Shown: one piece after another, positions 54,185 to 62,841 of the stretch | Position numbering within the stretch: the stretch's first letter is position 1 | How the letters are laid out: the number at the start of each line of letters is the position of its first letter | Origin: Mycobacteriales bacterium | GTDB taxonomy: Bacteria > Actinomycetota > Actinomycetes > Mycobacteriales > CADCTP01 | DNA: 64,000 nt | Assembly (NCBI GenBank): GCA_036558285.1 | Contig: DATBFW010000203.1 | Location: forward strand, 2,631-66,630 | Reading direction: 5' to 3' | Notes under the pieces: generated by a model | Told to the model about the DNA's origin: nothing | Seen by the model: only the letters and a program-made list of their open reading frames with translations | Databases searched by the model: none | Translations under genes and position numbers: made by a program

Positions 54185-56095
54185 ATGGCCGACCAGCTCA
54201 CGCCGGCAACTTCCCTGTCCATCGCCGAGCACGGCCTGATCGGCGACCTGCACACCGCGGCGCTGGTGGCGACCGACGGCACCATCGACTGGTTCTGCTG
54301 CCCGCGGTTCGACTCGCCCTCGGTGTTCGGCGCGCTGCTCGACCCGGAGAAGGGCGGCCACTGCCGGATCCGCCCGCTCGGCACGGAGTACATCACCAAG
54401 CAGCTCTACCTGCCCGACACGGCGGTGCTGATCACCCGCTTCCTGGCCGCGGACGGGGTCGGCGAGGTCGTCGACTTCATGCCGCCGGCCGGCGCCACGG
54501 CCAGCGAACAGCACCGCCTGGTCCGGATGGTGCGCTGCGTCCGCGGCGAGCTGACCTTCGAGATCGAGGTCGCGCCCCGGTTCGACTACGGCCGGCGCGA
54601 GCACACCCTGCAGCTGACCGCCGCCGGGGCGGTGTTCACCGCCGGGGACATGGGACTGACGCTGCACGCCGTCCGCGATCCGGACGACGAGCGGGTCGCC
54701 GAGGTGCGCCCGGCCGGCGAGGACCTGGTGGTGCGGTTGCCGCTGTCGGCCGGCCAGACCCGCGGGGCCATCCTCGAGTGGGGCGCCGGCCGCCCGCAGG
54801 AGGTCCGGCCCGAACAGATCGAGCGCGAGCACGCCGCGACCGTGCAGTTCTGGCGGTCCTGGCTGGCCCGCTCGACGTACCAGGGCCGGTGGCGGGAGAT
54901 GGTGCAGCGCTCGGCGATCACGCTGAAGCTGATGACCTACGCGCCCACCGGCGCGCTGGTGGCGGCCCCGACCGCGGCCCTGCCCGAGCAGGTCGGCGGC
55001 GAGCGGAACTGGGACTACCGCTACACCTGGGTCCGGGACGCGTCGTTCTCGGTACGCGCGCTGCTCGGGCTCGGGTTCGTCGACGAGGCGGCCGGGTTCG
55101 CGCTGTGGCTGCGCGACCGGGTGGCCGAGCAGGACGCGCGCAAGGACGGGCCGCCGCTGAACATCATGTACCGGGTGGACGGCTCGTCCGACCTGGTCGA
55201 GGAATCGCTCGAGCACTGGTCCGGCTACCGCGGGTCGCGCCCGGTGCGGATCGGCAACGGGGCCGCCGAGCAGCTCCAGCTGGACATCTACGGCGAGGCG
55301 TTCGACAGCATCTACGCCGCCGACCAGGTCGGCATCCAGATGGGTCACCGCGGCTGGACCGAGCTGGCCAAGGTGCTCGACTGGCTGGTGGACAACTGGG
55401 ACCAGCCCGAGGAGGGCATCTGGGAGACCCGCGGCGGCCGGAAGGACTTCACCTACGGGCGCGCGATGAGCTGGGTCGCGTTCGACCGGGCGGTGCGGCT
55501 GGCCGTCCGGTACGGCCGGCCGGCACCGCTGGAGCGGTGGGCCGCCGCCCGGGACGCGATCTACCAGCAGATCATGGACAAGGGCTGGAACGCCGACCGC
55601 GGCGCGTTCGTGCAGCACTACGGGAGCCCGGTGCTGGACTCGTCGCTGCTGCGGATGTCCCGGCTCGGCGTGATCGCACCGCTCGATCCGCAGTGGACGT
55701 CCACTTTGGACGCGATGCGGGACGAGCTGGTCAGCGACAGCCTCGTCTACCGGTACAACCCGGCGGCGTCCCCGGACGGGCTGGAGGGGGCGGAGGGCAC
55801 CTTCTCGCTGTGCACGTTCAGCTGGGTCGACGCGCTGGCCCGGTCCGAGCGCCTGGAGGAGGCCAGGCTGGTGTTCGAGAAGATGCTGACCTACGCCAAC
55901 CACGTCGGGCTCTACTCCGAGGAGATCGCCGCGACCGGGGAGCAGATCGGCAACTTCCCGCAGGCGTTCACCCACCTGTCCCTGATCGATGCCGCGCTGA
56001 CCCTGGACGCGGCGCTCGACCGCCGGTCCGGGTCCAACGGGCACCGGCCGGCCGTCCTGACCCTCGCCGCGATGGGGGACCGGGACCGGCTGTGA
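54185..56095 (+). CDS. Glycoside hydrolase family 15 (trehalase/glucoamylase-like)
   Basis: HGLIGDLHTAAL, SLPE-like ALPEQVGGERNWDYRYTWVRD, GIWETRG, LYSEE...GNFPQAFTH. Confidence 0.95.
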   Translation: MADQLTPATSLSIAEHGLIGDLHTAALVATDGTIDWFCCPRFDSPSVFGALLDPEKGGHCRIRPLGTEYITKQLYLPDTAVLITRFLAADGVGEVVDFMPPAGATASEQHRLVRMVRCVRGELTFEIEVAPRFDYGRREHTLQLTAAGAVFTAGDMGLTLHAVRDPDDERVAEVRPAGEDLVVRLPLSAGQTRGAILEWGAGRPQEVRPEQIEREHAATVQFWRSWLARSTYQGRWREMVQRSAITLKLMTYAPTGALVAAPTAALPEQVGGERNWDYRYTWVRDASFSVRALLGLGFVDEAAGFALWLRDRVAEQDARKDGPPLNIMYRVDGSSDLVEESLEHWSGYRGSRPVRIGNGAAEQLQLDIYGEAFDSIYAADQVGIQMGHRGWTELAKVLDWLVDNWDQPEEGIWETRGGRKDFTYGRAMSWVAFDRAVRLAVRYGRPAPLERWAAARDAIYQQIMDKGWNADRGAFVQHYGSPVLDSSLLRMSRLGVIAPLDPQWTSTLDAMRDELVSDSLVYRYNPAASPDGLEGAEGTFSLCTFSWVDALARSERLEEARLVFEKMLTYANHVGLYSEEIAATGEQIGNFPQAFTHLSLIDAALTLDAALDRRSGSNGHRPAVLTLAAMGDRDRL

Positions 56096-56123
56096 CCGCG
56101 CGGATCGCGCTCCGGGCGCGGCG

Positions 56124-56882
56124 ATGACCGCATCGCCGGTCCCGGAGCGCGAGGATGCGAGCGTGAGCAACCGCCACCGGGACCGGTACGAGCTGGTCTT
56201 CCTGCTGCTGGTGTCGACGTTCGTGCTGAGCGCGTTCGGGCTGCACGAGTGGGGGCGGCTGCCGGTGCTGCTGCTCTACGCGGCGGCGCTGGTGCTCGCG
56301 CTGCGGTCGTCCAGGGTGCCCGGGCCCATCTCCCGCGGCGTGCGAGTGGTGCTCGCGGTGGGCACGATCGGCATCGGGATCGGCGTGCTCGCTGCGCCCG
56401 GCGACCTCACCGAGGGCATCCTGTCGTGCTGGATCGCCGTAGTGCTGGCAACGACGATCGTCATTGTCGTCATGCGGATCGTGCACCACCGGGTGGTCAC
56501 CGGGCAGACCATCTTCGGCGCGCTGAGCGCCTACCTCATGATCGGGTTCTTCTTCTCCGCCGTCTTCACCGCGATCGACCGGCTCGGATCGGGGTCGTTC
56601 TTCGCGGGCGGGAAGGAGGCCAACTCGGCCACGATCCAATACTTCAGCTTCGTGACCTTGTCCACCACGGGCTACGGCGACTACACCGCCGCAGGTGACG
56701 CCGGTCGGTCGATGGCCGTGCTGGAGGCGCTGCTCGGGCAGATCTTCCTGGTCACGCTCGTCGCCCGGCTGGTCGCCCTGTTCGGGACAGAGAGGCCGGA
56801 GCGGCGGAGGGAGCGATCCGGCAGGCGCCTGCCCGTGGAGGCGCCCGCCGGCGACGGACCGGACGGTCCGGACGCGCCCTAG
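56124..56882 (+). CDS. Potassium channel family protein (Ion_trans_2)
   Basis: YFSFVTLSTTGYGD selectivity filter; EALLGQIFLVTLVARLV. Confidence 0.9.
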   Translation: MTASPVPEREDASVSNRHRDRYELVFLLLVSTFVLSAFGLHEWGRLPVLLLYAAALVLALRSSRVPGPISRGVRVVLAVGTIGIGIGVLAAPGDLTEGILSCWIAVVLATTIVIVVMRIVHHRVVTGQTIFGALSAYLMIGFFFSAVFTAIDRLGSGSFFAGGKEANSATIQYFSFVTLSTTGYGDYTAAGDAGRSMAVLEALLGQIFLVTLVARLVALFGTERPERRRERSGRRLPVEAPAGDGPDGPDAP

Positions 56883-57334
56883 TAGCGGCTGTGCTTCGGC
56901 TCGCGCAGCTCGCGGCCGTGCGCGATGAGGGCGTAGATCACCAGGACGTCGATCGCGATGATCAGCGTCGACCACACCGGGTACGAGGCGATGTAGGCGA
57001 AGTTCAGCACCGCGCTGACGATCGCGGCGATGACGCCGACCGTCCGGCCCCAGATGCGGCCGGAGAAGATCGCCGCGCCGGCCGCGACCAGCACGATGCC
57101 GAGGATGAGGTGCACCCAGCCCCAGGCGGTGTAGTCGACATTGACGACGAGGCCGTCCGAGCGAACCAGGTAGACCTCGTCCCGGAACAGCGCGACGAGG
57201 CCGTCGATGGCCTGGAACGCGCCGACGACGACCAGCATGACGCCGGCGAAGACGGCCCAGCCGGCCCAGCCGGTGCGCTCGGGGGCGCTGGTGTAGGTGG
57301 AGTCGGAGCTCTGAGTCGTAGGTGTGTCCGTCAC
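56879..57334 (-). CDS. DUF7144-like small membrane protein
   Basis: GWAVFAGVML...WGWVHL...YPVWSTLIIAIDVLVIYAL; RBS GAGGAG. Confidence 0.85.
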   Translation of the reverse strand: MTDTPTTQSSDSTYTSAPERTGWAGWAVFAGVMLVVVGAFQAIDGLVALFRDEVYLVRSDGLVVNVDYTAWGWVHLILGIVLVAAGAAIFSGRIWGRTVGVIAAIVSAVLNFAYIASYPVWSTLIIAIDVLVIYALIAHGRELREPKHSRY

Positions 57335-57405
57335 GGTGTGTCTCCTCGGTCTCGTGGCGCGACGGGGTCGCTGGGTGCCACCGTGGCGCGAGCGGTGCCC
57401 GACAG

Positions 57406-57424
57406 CGTCATCCGGCCCGGATAG
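57406..57424. promoter_or_regulatory. Regulon box (minus strand CTATCC-gggcc-GGATGA-CG)
   Basis: Exact consensus; CACGGT lies 22 nt downstream towards the DUF7144 gene. Confidence 0.72.
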
Positions 57425-57560
57425 TTGCCGGCCGTCCGGCCGCCGCCGCTGCCACCTCCGCCGGCCCGACCTACTCGGGGCGGACGAGGCGGACCGCCCG
57501 CCGCCGACGCTTGTATCGCGGGAGGCCACGTCCGCGACGCGGTCCAGGGAGGAGCCGGTC

Positions 57561-58067
57561 ATGTCGACGCTGATCGCCATCGGTTATCCGGACGAGACCA
57601 CGGCGAGCTCGGCCGCCGAGGAGGCCCACCGGATGGCTCGCGACCTCATCCTCGAGCCCGAGGCCATCGCGGTGATCAGCCGGGACCGCGAGGGCAAGTT
57701 CCAGGTCAGCACCAACCATCATCCGGTCGCCGGCGGCACCTCCTGGGGGATGTTCTGGGGCCTTCTGTTCGGGTTCCTGTTCTTCGTCCCTGTCTTCGGC
57801 ATGGCCGTCGGGGCGGGGCTCGGTGCGGTGATGGGTCGGGTCACGAAGACCGGCATCGACCGCCAGTTCCGCGACCAGGTCCGGGACATGCTGGAGCCGG
57901 GGACGTCGGCGCTGTTCCTGGTGGTCGACCGGGTCACGCCGGACCGGGCCGTCGAGCGGCTGCGCCGGTTCGGCGGCACCGTGCTCAAGTCCTCGCTGAG
58001 CAAGCAGGACGAGCAGGAGCTGCAGGAGGCCCTGCACGGCCGGCCCGTCCAGGCGTCGGCGTCGTGA
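57561..58067 (+). CDS. DUF1269 family protein
   Basis: LIAIGYPDE, Gly-zipper GMFWGLLFG...GAGLGA, LEPGTSALF; RBS GGAGGAG. Confidence 0.92.
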   Translation: MSTLIAIGYPDETTASSAAEEAHRMARDLILEPEAIAVISRDREGKFQVSTNHHPVAGGTSWGMFWGLLFGFLFFVPVFGMAVGAGLGAVMGRVTKTGIDRQFRDQVRDMLEPGTSALFLVVDRVTPDRAVERLRRFGGTVLKSSLSKQDEQELQEALHGRPVQASAS

Positions 58068-58080
58068 GCAGGACACCGGC

Positions 58081-58380
58081 ATGCTGAGCAACCACGAGCG
58101 CCGCGAGCTCGCCCGGATCGAGCAGGGTCTGCGCGAGGACCCGGCGTGGCGCGAGCCGCCGGCCCTGCCCGGACACACCACCTGGTTGCGTCGCTGGGGA
58201 CTGCGCCTGCTGATCGGCTTCGCCGGCCTGGTCATGACGATCGGGGTCATCACGACCGACGGTGAGCTGCTCCTGCAGGGCGTGCTGATGATGGGTGCCG
58301 CCTGCGTGTGGTGGCTGTGCCGGCAGGTCGTCGCCGCGAAGGAGGAGTCGCACTCCGCCGACCACCAACCCGAGCACTGA
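58081..58380 (+). CDS. DUF3040 family protein
   Basis: MLSNHERRELARIEQGLREDP plus two TMs. Confidence 0.85.
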   Translation: MLSNHERRELARIEQGLREDPAWREPPALPGHTTWLRRWGLRLLIGFAGLVMTIGVITTDGELLLQGVLMMGAACVWWLCRQVVAAKEESHSADHQPEH

Positions 58381-58394
58381 CCCACTCCGGATGG
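58378..58394. promoter_or_regulatory. Regulon box variant TGACCC-actcc-GGATGG upstream of the LDH-like gene
   Basis: Reverse complement CCATCC-N5-GGGTCA, 1 mismatch; overlaps the DUF3040 stop. Confidence 0.5.
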
Positions 58395-58453
58395 ACCGGC
58401 GACGACGGAAGCGGGTATGACCTGCGCGTCGTCGTCGTGCGAAGGGGTGGGCC

Positions 58454-59392
58454 GTGAAGGTCGGTGTGGTCGGAGCGGGCGCGGTCGGGGCGGCGACGGT
58501 GCTGTCGCTGATCGAGCGGGGCGGGACGTTCCGGGAGCTGGTGGTCCTGGACCGGGACCGGAAGCGGGCCGACGGCGTGGCCGTCGACATGCGCTACGCG
58601 ACCCCACTGTCCCCGACCGTCGACGTCCGGGCCGGCGACTACGACGCGCTGGCCGGCGCCGAGCTGGTGATCATCACCGCCGGCGTGAACGAGAAGACCG
58701 GCGGAGCCACCGATCGCGCCGACCCGGAGGGCAGGCGCCGGCTGCTCGACACCAACGCCGGCGTCTACCGCGACGTGGTCCCGAAGGTCGTCGCGGTCGC
58801 CCCGGAGTCGGTGCTCATGGTCGTCACCGACCCGCCCGACCCGCTGGCCGACCTGACCCGCCGGCTGGCCGGCCACGGCCGGGTCTTCTCCACCGGCACG
58901 TTGATCGACAGCCTGCGCTTCCGGGTGCACCTCGCCGAGCGGCTGCACATCCGCCCGCGGGACGTGCAGGCGATGGTGGTCGGCGAGCACGGCACGTCCG
59001 AGGTGCTGCTGTGGTCGTCCGCGCGGGTGAGCGGGATCCCGGTCCTCGACCTGCTCCGGGACGGCGACCAGCCGATCGACGAGCTGAAGGAGCAGATCGA
59101 GAACGACATCCGGTACGCGAACATCACGATCATCGAAGGCACCGGGGCCAGCCAGTACGGCATCGGCGCGGTGTCGGCGCGGCTGGCCGAGGCGGTGCTG
59201 CGGGACGAGGGCGCCGTGCTGCCGGTCGCGGCCTACTCGCCGGCCTACGACGTGACCCTGTCGCTGGTCAGCGTGCTCGGCGCCGGCGGCGTGCAGCGGA
59301 TGTACGAGCCGGAGATGACCGACGAGGAGCGCGCGGCGCTCGAGCGCAGCGCCGGGATCCTCCGCGACGCGGCCCGCCGGATCCTGGACTGA
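58454..59392 (+). CDS. Lactate/malate dehydrogenase family 2-hydroxyacid dehydrogenase with atypical specificity loop
   Basis: VGAGAVG, GTLIDSLRF, GEHG, IIEGTGASQYGIG. Confidence 0.9.
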   Translation: MKVGVVGAGAVGAATVLSLIERGGTFRELVVLDRDRKRADGVAVDMRYATPLSPTVDVRAGDYDALAGAELVIITAGVNEKTGGATDRADPEGRRRLLDTNAGVYRDVVPKVVAVAPESVLMVVTDPPDPLADLTRRLAGHGRVFSTGTLIDSLRFRVHLAERLHIRPRDVQAMVVGEHGTSEVLLWSSARVSGIPVLDLLRDGDQPIDELKEQIENDIRYANITIIEGTGASQYGIGAVSARLAEAVLRDEGAVLPVAAYSPAYDVTLSLVSVLGAGGVQRMYEPEMTDEERAALERSAGILRDAARRILD

Positions 59393-59527
59393 GGCGGCAA
59401 GCAACCAAGAGGGACGCTACCGAGGTGCCGCCCCGAGCGCATCACCCTCCGCGCGCCGGACCGGCCCGGACGGAACTGTCGTACGGGTCCCCTAGCGTCG
59501 GGGACCGACAGCGGCGAGGAGGAGATC

Positions 59528-60085
59528 ATGGATGCACCGGTGACCCAGCTCGACGAGCGGTTCAGCGATCCTCACACCGACGCGACCAGCTGGGCGCAGG
59601 CCCGCGAGGTCCTCGAAGGTGCCCAGATCAGCTGGATCTCGACCGTGCGCGCCGACGGGCGCCCGCACGTCACACCGCTGGTCGCGGTCTGGCTCGACGG
59701 CAGGATCCACTTCGCGACCGGCGCGACCGAGCAGAAGGGCGTCAACCTCGCCACCAACCCGCACGTGGTGCTGACCACCGGCTGCAACGCCTGGGACAGC
59801 AGCCTCGACGTGATGGTCGAGGGAGAGGCCCGCCGGGTGACCGACCGGGCCACGCTCGACCGGCTGGCCGCCGCCTGGGCGACCAAGTGGGACGGCAGCT
59901 GGCGGTTCGAGGTGACCGACGAGGGCTTCGGCAACACCGGCGCCAGTGCCCAGGCTCTGGTCTACGCGGTGGAGCCGACGCGGGTGCTGGCCTTCGGCCG
60001 GCGGCGGCTGGCCGAGCCGGGCGAGGACACGATGCTGGCGCGGGTGGCCTTCACGCACACCCGGCACCTACCGCCGCGGGACTGA
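59528..60085 (+). CDS. Pyridoxamine 5'-phosphate oxidase-like (split-barrel flavin/F420-binding) protein
   Basis: WISTVRADGRPHVTP, KGVNLATNPHV. Confidence 0.88.
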   Translation: MDAPVTQLDERFSDPHTDATSWAQAREVLEGAQISWISTVRADGRPHVTPLVAVWLDGRIHFATGATEQKGVNLATNPHVVLTTGCNAWDSSLDVMVEGEARRVTDRATLDRLAAAWATKWDGSWRFEVTDEGFGNTGASAQALVYAVEPTRVLAFGRRRLAEPGEDTMLARVAFTHTRHLPPRD

Positions 60086-60733
60086 GGTCGGCCGGCTCGG
60101 CAGGGCGGGCGCCGAGCGCGCGGCGTCGACGACGACCCAGGTCAGCAGCAGCACGCCGGGGATCTGGGCCAGGTGCTGCAGCGAGCGCGCGTCCAGGCCG
60201 ACCGAGGTCGGGTAGATCCCGGCCGGCAGCGCGAAGAACACCGCCGACAGCGAGAGCACCGCGATCGCGACCAGCACCCGGCCGGCCTCCGGGCGCCCCG
60301 CGTACCGGCCGTAGCACCAGAGCCCGACGATCGCCGCCATCGTCACGCTCTCGCAGAGCACCAGCGGCGCCGTCCGGCCGATGCCGACGAACCCCATCCA
60401 GGCCGCGTACGCGAGCAGACCGGCGATCCTGACCCGGATCACCACCCGGGCCAGCCGCTCGTCCAGCGTCGCCATGGCCGTCGCGGCCAGCAGGTAGGAC
60501 AGCGCCACCGCGACGAGCACCCCGACCACGACCCAGCTCAGGTCCGCCGCCCGGCGCGAGCCACTGAAGACCAGGTGGTGGGCGGCGCCGGCGAACGCCG
60601 CGGCGCCGGCCGACCACCAGATCAGCGCCCAGTAGCGGTGCACGCCGGGGGTCCACCGCAGCCGGGCCGCGCAGCCGACCAGGACCGTGCCCAGCACGAG
60701 GTCCGTGACCCCGGCCCCGACCTCGCTCATCAC
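60068..60733 (-). CDS. DUF6962-like multi-pass membrane protein
   Basis: TDLVL, GAAAFAGAAHH, LQHLAQI conserved His pattern; about 7 TMs. Confidence 0.7.
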   Translation of the reverse strand: MMSEVGAGVTDLVLGTVLVGCAARLRWTPGVHRYWALIWWSAGAAAFAGAAHHLVFSGSRRAADLSWVVVGVLVAVALSYLLAATAMATLDERLARVVIRVRIAGLLAYAAWMGFVGIGRTAPLVLCESVTMAAIVGLWCYGRYAGRPEAGRVLVAIAVLSLSAVFFALPAGIYPTSVGLDARSLQHLAQIPGVLLLTWVVVDAARSAPALPSRPTSVPRR

Positions 60734-60850
60734 CGCAGCCTAGAACCTGCGTGACCGGCGGCCTGCGTAATTCCCCGCCGCCCGCACCGCCGAGCGGCGA
60801 TCATCGGTGCGAGCAGACAGCCATCGCCGGCGACGCAGAGGAGGACAACC

Positions 60851-61897
60851 ATGCAACTCGGCATGGTCGGACTGGGACGCATGGGCTCGAACCTGGTCCG
60901 GCGGCTGATGCGGGACGGCCACGAGTGCGTCGTCTACGACGTTCGGCCCGACGCGGTACGCGGCCTGGCCGGCGAGGGCGCCACCGGCGCGGACTCGCTG
61001 GCGGACCTGGTGGCGAAGCTCGCCAAGCCCCGGGCGGTGTGGATCATGGTGCCGGCCGGCGAGATCACCCAGGCCGCCGTCGACGGCCTGGCCGCCCATC
61101 TGGAGCCGGACGACGTCATCATCGACGGCGGCAACTCCTCCTACCGCGACGACATCGCCCGCGCGGCCGCGGTCAAGGACCGCGGCATCCACTACATCGA
61201 CATCGGCACCAGCGGCGGCGTGTGGGGGCTGGACCGCGGCTTCTGCCTGATGATCGGCGGCGAGGACGCCCCGGTCACCCGGCTGCGGCCGATCTTCGCC
61301 TCGATCGCGCCCGGGGTGGCCGCGGCCGAGCGCACGCCGGGCCGCACCGGCGAGCCCGTCGACGCCGAGCACGGCTTCCTGCACTGCGGCCCGACCGGCG
61401 CGGGGCACTTCGTCAAGATGACCCACAACGGCATCGAGTACGGGATCATGGCCTCGTACGCGGAGGGCCTGAACATCCTCAAGAACGCCGACGCCGGCCT
61501 GCGCCAGCGCGACGCCGACGCGGAGACGGCGCCGCTGGAGCACCCGGAATATTACCGCTACGAGCTGGACGTCGAGGCGGTCGCCGAGGTCTGGCGGCGC
61601 GGCAGCGTGATCCAGTCCTGGCTGCTCGACCTCGCCGCCACCGCACTGCACCAGTCGCCGGAGCTGGCCGAGTTCTCCGGCACGGTCTCCGACTCCGGCG
61701 AGGGCCGGTGGACCGCGATCGCCGCCGTCGAGGAAGGGGTGCCGGCGCCGACCCTGACCGCCGCGCTCTACTCCCGGTTCGGCTCCCGCGGCCTCGACCA
61801 CTTCGCCGACCAGGTGCTCTCGGCGATGCGGCAGGGGTTCGGCGGGCACCTGGAGAAGCACGGCCTGCCGCACGACACGGGAGCGGTCAAGCCATGA
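60851..61897 (+). CDS. gnd: 6-phosphogluconate dehydrogenase (decarboxylating, short YqeC type)
   Basis: MQLGMVGLGRMG, IDGGNS, GTSGGVWG, GHFVKMTHNGIEYG, SDSGEGRW, MRQGFGGH. Confidence 0.96.
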   Translation: MQLGMVGLGRMGSNLVRRLMRDGHECVVYDVRPDAVRGLAGEGATGADSLADLVAKLAKPRAVWIMVPAGEITQAAVDGLAAHLEPDDVIIDGGNSSYRDDIARAAAVKDRGIHYIDIGTSGGVWGLDRGFCLMIGGEDAPVTRLRPIFASIAPGVAAAERTPGRTGEPVDAEHGFLHCGPTGAGHFVKMTHNGIEYGIMASYAEGLNILKNADAGLRQRDADAETAPLEHPEYYRYELDVEAVAEVWRRGSVIQSWLLDLAATALHQSPELAEFSGTVSDSGEGRWTAIAAVEEGVPAPTLTAALYSRFGSRGLDHFADQVLSAMRQGFGGHLEKHGLPHDTGAVKP

Positions 61898-62841
61898 CCG
61901 GCGAGGTGCACATGCCCGCGCTCACCGGCGCCAGCGGGTGGATCAACTCCGACCCGCTGGAGCCGGCCGACCTGCGCGGCCACGTCGTCGTCGTCGACTT
62001 CTGGACCCTGACGTGCATCAACTGGCTGCGCACCGAGCCGTACGTGCGGGCCTGGGCGCGGGCCTACCGGGACGACGGGCTGATCGTCATCGGGGTGCAC
62101 ACGCCGGAGTTCTCCTTCGAGCACGAGGTCGAGCTGGTCCGGCAGGCGACCAGGGAGCGGGACATCGACTACCCGGTCGTCGTCGACAGCGACTACGCGA
62201 TCTGGACCGCCTTCGACAACCACTACTGGCCGGCGCTCTACTTCGTCGACAAGGACGGCGTCATCCGCGACCACCACTTCGGCGAGGGCCGGTACGAGCA
62301 GTCCGAGCGGGTCATCCAGCGGCTGCTCGGGGTGGATCGGCCGCTCGTCGACGTCGAGGGCACCGGGGTCGAGGCCGAGGCCGACTGGACCGACCTGCGC
62401 ACACCGGAGACGTACGTCGGCTACGGGCGGGGCGAGCACTTCGCCTCCCCGGACGGGGCCGCGTTCGAGGAGCGCGGCAGCTACCACCTGCCGGCGAACC
62501 TGCCGCTGAACCACTGGGCGCTGTCCGGCGACTGGACGATCGGGCGGGAGAAGGCCGCGCTGGACGGCACCGCCGGCAGCATCGCGTTCCGGTTCCGCGC
62601 CCGCGACGCCAACCTCGTGCTGGACCGGTCGGCCCCGGAGCCGATCCCGTTCCGGGTGCTGCTCGACGGCGCGCCACCGGGCCCGTCGCACGGCGTGGAC
62701 GTCGACGGGGACGGCGCCGGCGTGCTCGGCGAGGGCCGGCTCTACCAGCTCGTGCGGCAGCACGACGGCGTGCGCGAGCGCACCGTGGAGATCACCTTCG
62801 ACGGCCCCGGCGCGCACGTGTACGTGTTCACGTTCGGGTGA
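61894..62841 (+). CDS. DipZ C-terminal-like thioredoxin-fold protein with CINW (CxxW) site
   Basis: DFWTLTCINW, GVHTPEF, NHYWPA, TPETYVGY, YVFTFG; ATGA-coupled to gnd. Confidence 0.88.
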   Translation: MTGEVHMPALTGASGWINSDPLEPADLRGHVVVVDFWTLTCINWLRTEPYVRAWARAYRDDGLIVIGVHTPEFSFEHEVELVRQATRERDIDYPVVVDSDYAIWTAFDNHYWPALYFVDKDGVIRDHHFGEGRYEQSERVIQRLLGVDRPLVDVEGTGVEAEADWTDLRTPETYVGYGRGEHFASPDGAAFEERGSYHLPANLPLNHWALSGDWTIGREKAALDGTAGSIAFRFRARDANLVLDRSAPEPIPFRVLLDGAPPGPSHGVDVDGDGAGVLGEGRLYQLVRQHDGVRERTVEITFDGPGAHVYVFTFG

